A stretch of DNA of 64,000 nt from the IMG/VR virus record IMGVR_UViG_3300032233_001500, positions 12,767-76,766 of that record, one strand, 5' to 3'. This DNA is from a virus. Lineage: Duplodnaviria; Caudoviricetes. The notes beneath the pieces were generated by a model, which worked only from the letters and a program-made list of their open reading frames with translations, did not search any database and was not told the DNA's origin. The position numbers were made by a program, and so were the translations under genes. This document shows, piece after piece, positions 1 through 10,209 of the stretch (position 1 is the stretch's first letter; each line of letters starts with the position of its first letter).

Positions 1-427
1 TTGTTCCTGTTAAAGCAACACCGATTACAGCTGAGCTGTTAAAATTAAGAGTGAGGGAAGATTGAGTTACTGCAGTAACTTGGGCAAAAGTAGTATTAAT
101 TCCTGAAGGATATCCACTTTCAATTGCGGCATAATCTCCAACTACAAATGGATTTCCTTGATTTTCTGCAAAAGTTACAGTAGTTGATGCACCAGTGGTG
201 ATACCAGCAACTTGTTGTCTAGCAACCCTTTCTTTTAATACTGCAGATTCTCCAACAGCAAGATAAAAATCATTTGCTGTTGCAGCAGCAGAAGTACTTA
301 CGGTTGCAGGACTTCCTTGAGATGAAACTCTTAGATATCCACTCTTGAGTGGAATTGCCGCAGTGTTAACTACAGAACCAGAACCAGCAGTAATAACTCC
401 TACTGTTTGTACGACTTTAAACGCCAT
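1..427 (-). CDS. Conserved cyanophage-type small structural/hypothetical protein, 3' end runs off the window
   Basis: Read by hand: ATG at 427-425 preceded by GAGGAAG; MAFKVVQTVGVITAGSGSVVNTAAIPLKSGYLRVSS... stays open to base 1; CTAAATA late-promoter variant upstream; missing from the ORF track. Confidence 0.75.
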   Translation of the reverse strand, partial: MAFKVVQTVGVITAGSGSVVNTAAIPLKSGYLRVSSQGSPATVSTSAAATANDFYLAVGESAVLKERVARQQVAGITTGASTTVTFAENQGNPFVVGDYAAIESGYPSGINTTFAQVTAVTQSSLTLNFNSSAVIGVALTGT

Positions 428-465
428 CAATCTTCCTCTTGATTAATTTTCATACTTATAATAGT

Positions 466-472
466 TATTTAG
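466..472 (-). promoter_or_regulatory. Late promoter variant CTAAATA
   Basis: TATTTAG on + strand in the intergenic gap upstream of the 1..427 ORF. Confidence 0.5.
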
Positions 473-506
473 AATAATATAGGTTTTGTTTAGTTAAAAT
501 TAAAAA

Positions 507-3500
507 TCAAGACCAAGTACCAACAGCACTATGAGTACTAATACCCGCCACTGGTAATAGTTTAATATAAGCATCAAGAACACTCCAAGTAACAGGAGTA
601 TTTTGATCCTGACTAATCATAAAATTAACATTACCTGCTGTGCTTACATCAATAGTTCCGTATAGAGTAATGTGAGTAAATTGTGCCATATCACCTATGG
701 TATCCGCTGCAGTAATTGCTGCACCAACTGCATTGGTACTTGCCATTACAATTCCAGCAGTATAACCACCAAGAGTAGTAGTTTTATTAACTTGATATGT
801 GAAATTATGTTTTGCCACCGTCGCACCACCATTTAATGCTAAAGCATAACTAAGAACACCTGTTGTCTTGTTTGATTGTACATTAAACACCAATTCGTAT
901 TGATATCGTGTATTTGATGATACTCCAACACCATTTGTCAATCCAAATATACTTGTTAGTGTGTTTCTGGCACTCGGAAGTGAACGAGAACTACTTAGTG
1001 CATAAAAAAGTAGATTACCTCCTACACCACCATTAATAGTAACTTCTCCAGTTGAACTTGATATTGTAATTCCAACACCAGCAACAATAGAAGTTACAAT
1101 ACCAGTTAGATTAGTTCCAGAACCATTGTAAGAAGTTGCAGTAACGACACCAGTAAATACTCCACCATCATTAACCTGAAGTTGAGCAGCAGTTACAATT
1201 CCAACAGTGATATTTGGAGAACCCGTAAGTCCTTGCGATGTTGATGATATTCCAGCAGTTGATGCATATCCTGCAATTGTGGAGATACCGGATGAAGTAG
1301 AATATCCAGCCCTGGTTGCATAAGTAGCAATCCCCGCAGATGTAGAATATCCAGCAATCGTTGCATAAGTCGCAATACCAGCACTTGTGGAATAACCAGC
1401 CGTTACTGCATAAGTCGCAATCCCCGCAACAGGTGCATAAGTTGTTGTGACTGTTGTGATACCAGACCCAAATCCATTTGAATATGAAATTGTAACTCCA
1501 GCACCTGCATAAATTTTATTAACAATTGAGGGTTTATTCAGAATGGATGCAACACCAACATTTGAATTCCAATCACTATTGACTTGAGCAGTTCCATTAA
1601 TCGTAACTCGTCCTGTTGAACCTGATACCGAAATACCACCAGTACCAGCAAGAATAGAAGTAACAATACCAGTTAGATTTACACCATTACCAGTATAAGA
1701 AGTTGCAGATACAACTCCAACATTGATTCCAAGTGCTGATGTATTTCCATTAGTGAGTACTGAATTTAAATCCTGTGTTCCAGTTGCATTAATTGTAACT
1801 GTACCAATTCCATTCACAGGAGATACTGAAACTCCAGTTCCTCCAATAATTTTATTAACAATTGTTGGTTTGTTTAGAATTGCAGTAACACCAGTGGTAG
1901 CATTCCAATCAGAATTAAGTTGTGTTCTTGGTCCAGGAATTTGGTCATAATGAACTCCATTATGAATTAACAAATCTCCATCTTGAAGCGATAGAGTTCC
2001 GTTTAAACCAAAATTAGTTGTACCAACTCCAACTACTGTATATTCCCAACCTGCTTGTCCTGTTGCATCAGTAATTGGAGGAGTATTGGTTTCAACATTA
2101 TATGTTCCTTTATAGATAACAGCACCAACAATAGTTGGAGGTGTCTCCCAAGACATTACATAATTACCACCAACATTAGTTACCTTAAGGAACTTATCTG
2201 CAGTTCCTGCGGTTTGAGGTGGGAAATATGTTAATCTTGAGTTGTCGTAGAAAGTGATACCAGTAGTGCTGCCTGTACCAGCAAAGGATAATCCTTCAGT
2301 ATTAATTCTTAAATCTAATGTTTTTGCGATTGAACCAATCGGTGCATTATAAAATCTATACTCTGCGCTCTGTGCAGTATTTGTGAAGTTTTCTCTTGCA
2401 ACGACTTCTATATTGTTTGCTGCTAATCCACCAGCAAATCCTGTAGAACCCCATCCAACTGAACTATAACGACTTAAAATATCTCCTGATTGTGATGCAC
2501 TTGGAGATGCAGCAGTTCCACGACCAGCACGACTAACATAAGCAGGAAAAACACCAGTACCCCAAGCATCATTAGTGATACGACTTACTGCACCATCATT
2601 ACCAGTGATATGCAACATACCACCAGAGTTTACGATTGGTTGATATGCTCCATTAGTTGAACCAATAATACTCATTCCACCAATATCTCCCGCAGGAATA
2701 GTTGGAGGATAGAATTGAGTGCGTCCTGTGCGATCTGTATAAAATGCGGTTCTATTTACAGCATTTTCAACTCTAACTGAACGATTGAATATAACATCCG
2801 CAGTCGCACCAAGAGAACCAATATAAACATCACGAGTACTATCTTTAATCTGCAAGGTATTATCTCTCAATACCCATTCACCAACTTCTAAACCAGCACC
2901 ACCTTTGATGTAGAAATTACCTGCTTTTGCTCCAAGTGCTTGGTCGTTTCCTAATGTTTCGTCCTGAACGTAAATCGTACCAGTTCCAAACCAGACTTCT
3001 TTAAATCTTCTTGCAGGAGAACCCAAAGACCACTCATTAGTCGTGTATGGGAGAATGTCTGAGTGATTAACAATATTACCACCAGCACCAGCATTCAAAG
3101 TAATATCAACATCATTTCCAGTAAGTATTGACATCCCCGCATTGACGGTTGTACGAGCAAAAGTAATTATCTCATCTGTTACTGGAAGAGGTGCTCCTAC
3201 TGGAAAATTAATATCAGTAATAATAACCTTATTATATGCACCAGTGCCAATACCAATAATTTTACTTCCAACTGGAATTGCTGCACCAGCAATCACATCA
3301 TCTATCTGAAGTGTTGGTGTGGGAACTGATTGAAGTTCATAAACTGCATATGGAACACCAGTAATACCATAGGTTAAACCATAACTTCCAATACCTAAAT
3401 TTGCATAATTTCCGTGTTCAAGAACTACATTTAGATTTTCATTACCAATGTTAGCAACAATTGAAGAAATACCAGAAATAACAGAACCAACTGGAATGTT

Positions 3501-4958
3501 TACTGCAGCAACACTAATTTCATTTGTGGTTGTATTTCCACGGTCGGTGACTGTATCCAAAGTATCTGCATCCAAATCACCAACTAATACAAATTCTGCT
3601 TTGTTTGTTGTTGAATTCCAGGACAGAACTTTACCATCATAAGCACTTGAATTAGTTGCAAGTCCAACAACATCATCCAGGTATCTAAATTTTGTTTCAC
3701 CACCACCACCTAATGTGGAAAGTTGTTGTTGGATACGATTAATGAATAAACGATAATGATTTTGAAGTTGATCTAAAGTTACAAAGTTTTGATCAAGTGG
3801 TGTGAGTGGATCAGAGTTCTTTGTATTTGGTGGTTCATTTAGAAGTCCTTCTTTGATGACTTCTTGTACAACGACTTCTGGTTCAATACGAGAATATGTT
3901 TCTTTGATATAATCAATCTTCTTCTCAAGACGCTCAAGGTTCTCTTGAAGATTTCCAACAGGAATTTGTTCAATCTCTGCAAATACTTCTTCTTTGAGTT
4001 CTACAAGTTCTTGATGATTTTCTTTTAGGTATTCGTCTACATTTTCTAAACGAACATCATATTCTTTAATAGTTTCACCAAAATTTTTCAAATGTTGTTC
4101 ATTGATTACAACATCTGCTTTGATATTTGAGATTTCGGAAGAAACTTTGTTTTTAATATCCTCAACTTCTTCATCAATAGTATCAATTCTATTAGTTACA
4201 TTTGAAGAAATAGTCTCAAACTTTTCTTCAATGACTTCTTCAATAACTTGACGGTTTGAAGTATTTTCTTCTTGAATATTATTTTCAAGTTCTACAAATG
4301 CTTCGTGAAGAGATTGAATGATTTGTGAGTATTCTTCCAGTCTTTCATTTTCTTCAAAAACTTTCTTCTCTAAAGACTTGGAAAGTTTTTGGTATGTTTC
4401 TGAAGTATTTTGAACTTTACTTTGAGTTTCTTGAAGTTGATTATTGAAATACTCTAAGTTATTGTCAATGACTTCTGCAATATTATTGACTTGAGTATCT
4501 ATTTCTTCTCGGATACCAACAATATTTTCTTCTACAACTTCTTTTAACTCATCAAACTTTTCTCCAATACGAACTTCGTTTCTGGTTACTTGTTTTTTGT
4601 ATTTTGGTAATTCTTCTTCTACAAGGTCTTCAACAATTTCACTTAGATTAGAAACAGTTGTTTTAAACTCTCTTAGATCTTCTTTGTTTAATCCTTTTAC
4701 TTGATTTTGAAGTGACTTAAAGTTTTCATCAAGAACCATCAGTTGAGACAACATTGCGTTCTCAAGATCACTTCTACCCAACTTCTCAGACAATTGTTGA
4801 GATAGTTGTTCTACCTTTTCTGATAAAATATTAACTCTATCCAAATTATCACGAAAACGATCATAAGTTTCTGTGATATCAGAAGAAACCTCTGGAGAAT
4901 TAAAAACTCCAGAAGGTTCAGTTTTATTGAATAGGTCTGATGGTTTTTTAAGTGCCAC
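507..4958 (-). CDS. Virion structural protein: about 415-aa acidic coiled coil, GGGGE hinge, then Gly/Thr-rich fibre-like region
   Basis: 1483-aa ORF; E/K/L/Q-rich heptad-like N-terminus; DPLTPLDQNFVT...IQQQLSTLGGGGE motif; fibre-type repeats (NSDWN...ILNKP twice, AGIATYA repeats); late promoter upstream. Confidence 0.7.
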   Translation of the reverse strand: MALKKPSDLFNKTEPSGVFNSPEVSSDITETYDRFRDNLDRVNILSEKVEQLSQQLSEKLGRSDLENAMLSQLMVLDENFKSLQNQVKGLNKEDLREFKTTVSNLSEIVEDLVEEELPKYKKQVTRNEVRIGEKFDELKEVVEENIVGIREEIDTQVNNIAEVIDNNLEYFNNQLQETQSKVQNTSETYQKLSKSLEKKVFEENERLEEYSQIIQSLHEAFVELENNIQEENTSNRQVIEEVIEEKFETISSNVTNRIDTIDEEVEDIKNKVSSEISNIKADVVINEQHLKNFGETIKEYDVRLENVDEYLKENHQELVELKEEVFAEIEQIPVGNLQENLERLEKKIDYIKETYSRIEPEVVVQEVIKEGLLNEPPNTKNSDPLTPLDQNFVTLDQLQNHYRLFINRIQQQLSTLGGGGETKFRYLDDVVGLATNSSAYDGKVLSWNSTTNKAEFVLVGDLDADTLDTVTDRGNTTTNEISVAAVNIPVGSVISGISSIVANIGNENLNVVLEHGNYANLGIGSYGLTYGITGVPYAVYELQSVPTPTLQIDDVIAGAAIPVGSKIIGIGTGAYNKVIITDINFPVGAPLPVTDEIITFARTTVNAGMSILTGNDVDITLNAGAGGNIVNHSDILPYTTNEWSLGSPARRFKEVWFGTGTIYVQDETLGNDQALGAKAGNFYIKGGAGLEVGEWVLRDNTLQIKDSTRDVYIGSLGATADVIFNRSVRVENAVNRTAFYTDRTGRTQFYPPTIPAGDIGGMSIIGSTNGAYQPIVNSGGMLHITGNDGAVSRITNDAWGTGVFPAYVSRAGRGTAASPSASQSGDILSRYSSVGWGSTGFAGGLAANNIEVVARENFTNTAQSAEYRFYNAPIGSIAKTLDLRINTEGLSFAGTGSTTGITFYDNSRLTYFPPQTAGTADKFLKVTNVGGNYVMSWETPPTIVGAVIYKGTYNVETNTPPITDATGQAGWEYTVVGVGTTNFGLNGTLSLQDGDLLIHNGVHYDQIPGPRTQLNSDWNATTGVTAILNKPTIVNKIIGGTGVSVSPVNGIGTVTINATGTQDLNSVLTNGNTSALGINVGVVSATSYTGNGVNLTGIVTSILAGTGGISVSGSTGRVTINGTAQVNSDWNSNVGVASILNKPSIVNKIYAGAGVTISYSNGFGSGITTVTTTYAPVAGIATYAVTAGYSTSAGIATYATIAGYSTSAGIATYATRAGYSTSSGISTIAGYASTAGISSTSQGLTGSPNITVGIVTAAQLQVNDGGVFTGVVTATSYNGSGTNLTGIVTSIVAGVGITISSSTGEVTINGGVGGNLLFYALSSSRSLPSARNTLTSIFGLTNGVGVSSNTRYQYELVFNVQSNKTTGVLSYALALNGGATVAKHNFTYQVNKTTTLGGYTAGIVMASTNAVGAAITAADTIGDMAQFTHITLYGTIDVSTAGNVNFMISQDQNTPVTWSVLDAYIKLLPVAGISTHSAVGTWS
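1245..1430 (-). repeat. Degenerate 45-bp (15-aa) tandem repeat AGIATYAxxAGYSTS, about 4 copies
   Basis: Translation AGIATYAVTAGYSTS/AGIATYATIAGYSTS/AGIATYATRAGYSTS/SGISTIAGYAST. Confidence 0.85.
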
Positions 4959-4983
4959 TTATAAACTTGCTCACATATAATAA

Positions 4984-4991
4984 TATTTATT
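4984..4991 (-). promoter_or_regulatory. T4-type late promoter AATAAATA
   Basis: TATTTATT on + strand about 25 bp upstream of the 4958 start. Confidence 0.55.
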
Positions 4992-5009
4992 TCATTATAA
5001 AAAATGAGA

Positions 5010-5174
5010 TTATTCTTCTTCAGTATCTTGCGTTTGTCCGAACATTGATGCCGCCACAACTGGGCGGATTGTTTCAATGTTTTGTGCTGATTTTTGCATT
5101 AAAAGTTCCTTAATTTTATCACTCACTTCAGCAGCAGATTGATCAGAAACGATCATATCAATAAGGTCATCCAT
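5010..5174 (-). CDS. Small 54-aa acidic protein downstream of the portal gene (position of T4 prohead-core genes)
   Basis: Read by hand: MDDLIDMIVSDQSAAEVSDKIKELLMQKSAQNIETIRPVVAASMFGQTQDTEEE*; own TATAAATA promoter; below the ORF-track cutoff. Confidence 0.8.
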   Translation of the reverse strand: MDDLIDMIVSDQSAAEVSDKIKELLMQKSAQNIETIRPVVAASMFGQTQDTEEE

Positions 5175-5202
5175 AGTTTTAAATTCAGTGTTTACTTAAG
5201 AA

Positions 5203-5210
5203 TATTTATA
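5203..5210 (-). promoter_or_regulatory. T4 late promoter TATAAATA
   Basis: TATTTATA on + strand overlapping the gp20 stop codon. Confidence 0.7.
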
Positions 5211-6936
5211 TCCTGCCACCTTTGGGCATCTTGAGTTGGGGTGCTTTTTCATCAGGTGCCGTTTGAACAGCAGACAAACTTGCTTCGGGTGCTTGTGGTA
5301 CATCTCCGAGATTTGTTTGTTGATCTGGTGGTAGTTCTGTACCTGGTTGCATAGGAGGTTGTTGTCCAATAGGTAGTCCAGTCATCGGATCAACAGGTGG
5401 GGGAATAATTCCAGCTTCCTTCTCTTTTTCAATTTGTTGATCAATCTCCACAATTTGTCCATCAGTCTGTTTAAGAATATGTCTTCTTACATAATCAACT
5501 GAGAAATACTTACCAACATAAGGTTCAACGATATTTAATACATTTATTCTTTCATTCATCAACTCAGTTTCTTTGAGTTCTGCAAAATGATTGTCATAAA
5601 CATAATCGTATTGAATATGATCAGTAAGAACTTTCCAATCCTCTGGAGTTACAATATTTTTGAGGATTAGTTGTGTCCTCAACATATCATTGAATAGATG
5701 TGAAAATCTCTTTCTGAGACGACCTACAAACTTCGTAAATTTGATTTCATCTCTTAGAATTTCTGATGAACGACCAAGATTAAATCCACCTGCAGAATTC
5801 AATCTTGATTCTGGAACATTCAAAGATCTGTAAAGTTTTTTCTGGAAATAATCAATATCTGTAATTTCTCCAAGATTTTGACCACCGGGAAGAGTTGTAA
5901 TCTCAGTTCCTCTACCACCTTCTCTTCTTGGAAGCCAGAAATCTTCAAGCATCGCCATCATCTTGCGATCATCACGAATTTCTCCAGTGTTCGCATCGTA
6001 AACCAACTTGGTACGATAACGGGTCATAACCTCACGCAGATACTGTTCTGCTTTGATCTTGGGTAGATTACCTACGTCAATGTAGAAGATACGACGTTCT
6101 GGCGCACGAGAAAGTCTATAAATGACCAAACTATCCTCAATCATTCTTAGTTGATTGAGGGACTTGATGGCCTTATGTAGATATGAAAGAATAGTCTGTT
6201 TGTTGCGATCTACTAGACCAGAATGAACATAAGCAACAGAATCCCTTGCAATACTTACAGCATTTACGTTGGTTTTGAAGATTGCTGGTTGACCATAACC
6301 ACCAGTAGTTGCGTTTGGATCATACTGGAAGAATTCTTCTACTTCTGGACTATGAGTAAGTTGTTGAGTTCCTTTTGCTGCAGGACTGACGTATGTTGGA
6401 GAAAGTTGATTAGAATTCTTTTTAATTCTACGAATTAATTTAATTTTAAGTGGATCAATATACCTAAGTTCTTTAATTCCTTCTTGTGGCTTTTGAATAT
6501 CAATTACCTTATGGTAATAAATTCTTCCGTCAATATACCAGTTTCTTAAAATTTCGTGACACTTATTATCAAAATCCAATAATTCTTTGATATATTTGAA
6601 TTCTTTTCTGATTAATTCTTTTAACTTATCTGACGCAGGAAGATTTGATAGATCAATCTGTATTGGCGAATCGTTCTGGTCGGCTACAATTGCTTCATTA
6701 ATGACATCTTCAATTGCACTGTCAACTTCTGGATGAAGTGACATTTCTCTATATCTCTTAATTAAATCAAATTCTGATTTATATACACCTTCAATATCTA
6801 CATATTGCCCATAAAAACCACTAGAAACATAAAAGTCCGAAGAATCTTCGTGATTCTCCGGAATAGGGGAAACGATAGATTTTTTGGATTTATCGTTTCC
6901 CCCATCTTCTATTTTAAAACCAAATAATTTAGGCAT
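5206..6936 (-). CDS. gp20: Portal vertex protein of the head
   Basis: Motifs YLHKAIKSLNQLRMIEDSLVIYRLSRAPERRIFYIDVGNLPK and MLEDFWLPRREGGRGTEITTLPGG; synteny after gp19. Confidence 0.98.
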   Translation of the reverse strand: MPKLFGFKIEDGGNDKSKKSIVSPIPENHEDSSDFYVSSGFYGQYVDIEGVYKSEFDLIKRYREMSLHPEVDSAIEDVINEAIVADQNDSPIQIDLSNLPASDKLKELIRKEFKYIKELLDFDNKCHEILRNWYIDGRIYYHKVIDIQKPQEGIKELRYIDPLKIKLIRRIKKNSNQLSPTYVSPAAKGTQQLTHSPEVEEFFQYDPNATTGGYGQPAIFKTNVNAVSIARDSVAYVHSGLVDRNKQTILSYLHKAIKSLNQLRMIEDSLVIYRLSRAPERRIFYIDVGNLPKIKAEQYLREVMTRYRTKLVYDANTGEIRDDRKMMAMLEDFWLPRREGGRGTEITTLPGGQNLGEITDIDYFQKKLYRSLNVPESRLNSAGGFNLGRSSEILRDEIKFTKFVGRLRKRFSHLFNDMLRTQLILKNIVTPEDWKVLTDHIQYDYVYDNHFAELKETELMNERINVLNIVEPYVGKYFSVDYVRRHILKQTDGQIVEIDQQIEKEKEAGIIPPPVDPMTGLPIGQQPPMQPGTELPPDQQTNLGDVPQAPEASLSAVQTAPDEKAPQLKMPKGGRI

Positions 6937-6963
6937 TACTCAAAGTGTGACTGTAATATCTAC

Positions 6964-6971
6964 TATTTATA
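6964..6971 (-). promoter_or_regulatory. T4 late promoter TATAAATA
   Basis: TATTTATA on + strand between gp19 and gp20. Confidence 0.75.
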
Positions 6972-6974
6972 GAA

Positions 6975-7673
6975 CTACTGTGGGTTCAATACTTCAGGAT
7001 CAGTGTTGAGTTGGGTATTGCCTTGTGAATCAAGAGCATCCCACCACTGAACTTGGAGGTCTACAGTAAACTCTTCAATTTGATCAGTAGTATCATATGA
7101 AAGTGGAATTGCAGCTACTGAAGTTGGGAACAATCCATATAACTTATATGCCTTAAGAACAGGAATTTGATTTCCTGCAGTGGTCAATGTTGGATTGGTT
7201 ACACTTGAATTTGCAGAAGCAACTGACGATCTGCCGAATTGCTTTACGAGTGCATCTCTTTGATACTGAGCTGGATTGATTAAACCAGAATTATCATCGT
7301 GCTTGTTAATCGCATTCATCCATTTTTCAAATGCAGTTCTGATTGAGAAATCAACATCGTTGATAACTGTAATTGTCCAGGTATCAAATGTACGATCTCC
7401 AGCAATCTTGAGTTGTCTTCCTCTGAAAGGAACACTAATTGCTGCAATATTTGATGCAGGAAGATCTGCAGTTTTAATCATAAATCTAGAAAGTTCTGAA
7501 ACAGATCTACTAGCATCAGTTGTGTTTGCAGTTCCATCAGTACTGGTGGTTGCAAAAGTTGGGAATGTCAATTCAACTTCAAAAAGATTTGGTCTAGCTG
7601 CACCCCCGATTAATCTGGCTTTGAAATCTTCTAGAGTTCTAGAACTGAAACTTGGTGTGTTTGAAAATGCCAT
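6975..7673 (-). CDS. gp19: Tail tube protein
   Basis: GGAARPNLFEV, VPFRGRQLKIAGDRTFDTWTITVIND and IEEFTVDLQVQWW motifs; between gp18 and gp20. Confidence 0.97.
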   Translation of the reverse strand: MAFSNTPSFSSRTLEDFKARLIGGAARPNLFEVELTFPTFATTSTDGTANTTDASRSVSELSRFMIKTADLPASNIAAISVPFRGRQLKIAGDRTFDTWTITVINDVDFSIRTAFEKWMNAINKHDDNSGLINPAQYQRDALVKQFGRSSVASANSSVTNPTLTTAGNQIPVLKAYKLYGLFPTSVAAIPLSYDTTDQIEEFTVDLQVQWWDALDSQGNTQLNTDPEVLNPQ

Positions 7674-7714
7674 TGTTTTTTACCTCTATAGCGATTGATG
7701 TCTTAATTAAAAAG

Positions 7715-10126
7715 TTAAACAGTTCCAACAACTTCTTCAAAACTAACTCCAGTTCTATTTGCAACAAAAGTTAGTCCGATGAAATTGATTGACCTTGCTG
7801 GTTTAATGAAGATATCAGCCTTGAACTGATTTGAATCAATTACATCTGGGGTGTTATTTGACTCGTCGCAAACTACGAGGAAATCGGTAATACCTCTCTT
7901 AGCTTTAACATCACGAAGATATGGTTCAATGATATTAACAAAATTAGATCTTGTGATTACATCATTAAATTCAAATAACTGTGCTCTTGCAGCTCTTTCA
8001 ATTGTTTCTTCTAGAGTTAGGAACAATCTACGAACATTGATGCGATCAAATGCTGATGCATAAGAAAGTCCAGTTTTATCACCAAAGAGAATAATTCCTG
8101 CACCAGGCGAGAAGATAACTGGGTTAATTCTCTTAGGATAAAGAAGATCTCTTTGTGATTGTGATGGATTGTAAGCAAGTTTAATTGCATTATTAATAAT
8201 TCCTCTCTGAGCTCCTGCTGGAGAGAACCAAGGATAATTGTTGATTGAAGTTCTTGCCATCAATCCAGCAATATCTGCGTTCAACGCTACATATACGAAA
8301 GAATTATTAAATCTATCAAATGTATACTTATATCCACTATCAAATACTGCATAAGAACTTGAACTTAAAGCATCAAAATAATTAATGATATTTGAAGTTT
8401 GTGTATCACTGGAAGGTACGTTTACAACTCCATCTCTATGTGGAGAAAGGGTAACAACACAATCTTTTCTTGCTTCTGCAATTGCAATCAATGCATTTGC
8501 TTTTGCTTGTGATTCAAAAATAGTTGTTCCACCACTAGGTCCACCAATAATGAAATTGATTTTATATTCAGAAGGATTCATCAATAGGTTATAAGATGAA
8601 ATTACTTCCGAAAGTAGAGGAGACATTCCTGCAGTTCCAAGTGTTGCATAATCATTTCCATTTGTGAGACTGTATGATCTTGCACCAATTAAACCAAAAT
8701 TAACTCCCGATGCATTCTGTCCCCATGCAATGGAACCTCCACTATTTGGAGTATATCCATCTATAGTCGTGAATTTAGAAGATAGGAGACTATCTACTGC
8801 ACCACCATAAATGTATGCAGAGTTATTTGCAACATAGTTTTTATAATAAATGCTTTGGGAAGGACTTATTCTACCATCAAGAGCCTTAGAAAGACCTGTA
8901 AATTTCTCTAAGATATTTCCAGCAATTCCTGTGATTGAACCGGAATCATCTACTACTACAATATGAAGTTCATCATTTTTGCAAGTTCTGTCAGATGCAT
9001 ATTGTGAAGTTGATGGTTTTGGTGCAATATTTTTCCAATAAACTGTAGAATTTGTTAGACCTAAAGTTTGTTGATCGTACCAATCAGTTACAGCACTATT
9101 TGTTGGGGTTGGTTTCAAACCTTCTCCATTACTGAGAGTATTATCTCCCGCATTTCTTGTATAAGTAACAATGAAAGTTGTTGCTGCTAGTGAAACTGGT
9201 GATGATGAGTTTAGAATAATTTGTCCAGTACTTACTCCAACAACTCTTGCTTTATAGGATCCATTAATACTTTGGACCAAATCTCCAACTAAAACAGAAG
9301 TCAAGTCTGTGTAAGATGGGCAAGTAATTATTGTAGATCCAGATCCAATTGTCCCACTATTATCTAATCTAAATTTCTCCAGAGAAGTAGCAGTTCCAAC
9401 GTTATTGAAAACCTGCCAGTAATTAGTACCACCTACAACAGGAGATGGAATTTGATTTAACGAACTAGATGAATAAGCAATTTCTGTAGAAATTCCAGTG
9501 TCAGCATCGTATCTGCTAATAAGTTTAATATCAACGCTGCCTTGATTTACTTTAGTAACAATACCCTTTAAATAACCACCAAAGGTTTGTACTGTTCCAT
9601 CAGAGGCTGCATAGGAAGTAGTGATACTGCAAGTAAATCCATATCCAGCAAGAATTCCAAAAGTACCGATTGAAACTCTTTGATCAGCACCACCATCAAT
9701 TACGCAAACTTTTGCGCCATTTGACCAAGTTCCTGCTGTTTTGGAAGCCCATGTCCATCCAGTTGGAGACTGATAGTTATTGAAATAATCTTCATCCGAT
9801 TCAATAACAAAAGTCTGTGGAGAAGATACGTAAGAGTGAGCATTCTGGAGGTTAGTACCATTCGTTCTTATAACTCTTAGGGTTCCACCATATGAGAGAT
9901 AAGATGATGCTGCCATCCAATATTCGTATTGTGCATCAGTTGCTGATGGTTTTCCAAAATAGTTGATGAGATCCTGTTCTGTTTCAAGCAAAGTAGGAAC
10001 ATTGATTGGACCCTTTACAAATGGGCCGGCGATTGCCCCTACTTGATCATTAACTGCATCAATCCTTCCAACAGTTAGATCAACTTCTCTAATTTTAACG
10101 CCTGGTGATACTAAGTTTAGCGACAT
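7715..10126 (-). CDS. gp18: Tail sheath protein
   Basis: N-terminal LVSPGVKIREVDLT; C-terminal PWFSPAG...RINVRRLF...IKPARSINFIGLTFVA. Confidence 0.98.
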   Translation of the reverse strand: MSLNLVSPGVKIREVDLTVGRIDAVNDQVGAIAGPFVKGPINVPTLLETEQDLINYFGKPSATDAQYEYWMAASSYLSYGGTLRVIRTNGTNLQNAHSYVSSPQTFVIESDEDYFNNYQSPTGWTWASKTAGTWSNGAKVCVIDGGADQRVSIGTFGILAGYGFTCSITTSYAASDGTVQTFGGYLKGIVTKVNQGSVDIKLISRYDADTGISTEIAYSSSSLNQIPSPVVGGTNYWQVFNNVGTATSLEKFRLDNSGTIGSGSTIITCPSYTDLTSVLVGDLVQSINGSYKARVVGVSTGQIILNSSSPVSLAATTFIVTYTRNAGDNTLSNGEGLKPTPTNSAVTDWYDQQTLGLTNSTVYWKNIAPKPSTSQYASDRTCKNDELHIVVVDDSGSITGIAGNILEKFTGLSKALDGRISPSQSIYYKNYVANNSAYIYGGAVDSLLSSKFTTIDGYTPNSGGSIAWGQNASGVNFGLIGARSYSLTNGNDYATLGTAGMSPLLSEVISSYNLLMNPSEYKINFIIGGPSGGTTIFESQAKANALIAIAEARKDCVVTLSPHRDGVVNVPSSDTQTSNIINYFDALSSSSYAVFDSGYKYTFDRFNNSFVYVALNADIAGLMARTSINNYPWFSPAGAQRGIINNAIKLAYNPSQSQRDLLYPKRINPVIFSPGAGIILFGDKTGLSYASAFDRINVRRLFLTLEETIERAARAQLFEFNDVITRSNFVNIIEPYLRDVKAKRGITDFLVVCDESNNTPDVIDSNQFKADIFIKPARSINFIGLTFVANRTGVSFEEVVGTV

Positions 10127-10163
10127 GTCTTTCCCTCTAAAGAAGCTTCAACTTGACTAAATG

Positions 10164-10171
10164 TATTTATA
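10164..10171 (-). promoter_or_regulatory. T4 late promoter TATAAATA
   Basis: TATTTATA on + strand upstream of gp18. Confidence 0.75.
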
Positions 10172-10209
10172 AATTGCTAACCTTACATTGGGGAAACAAC
10201 CAGTGAACA

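Noticed and set aside
507-4958. Calling the coiled-coil protein fibritin (wac) or an SMC/myosin-like enzyme
   Set aside because: No foldon or ATPase motifs recognised, and the gene is not at the wac position
4811-5077. 88-aa track ORF bridging two genes
   Set aside because: Off-frame with both the 54-aa ORF and the 1483-aa gene, and crosses a promoter-containing intergenic gap
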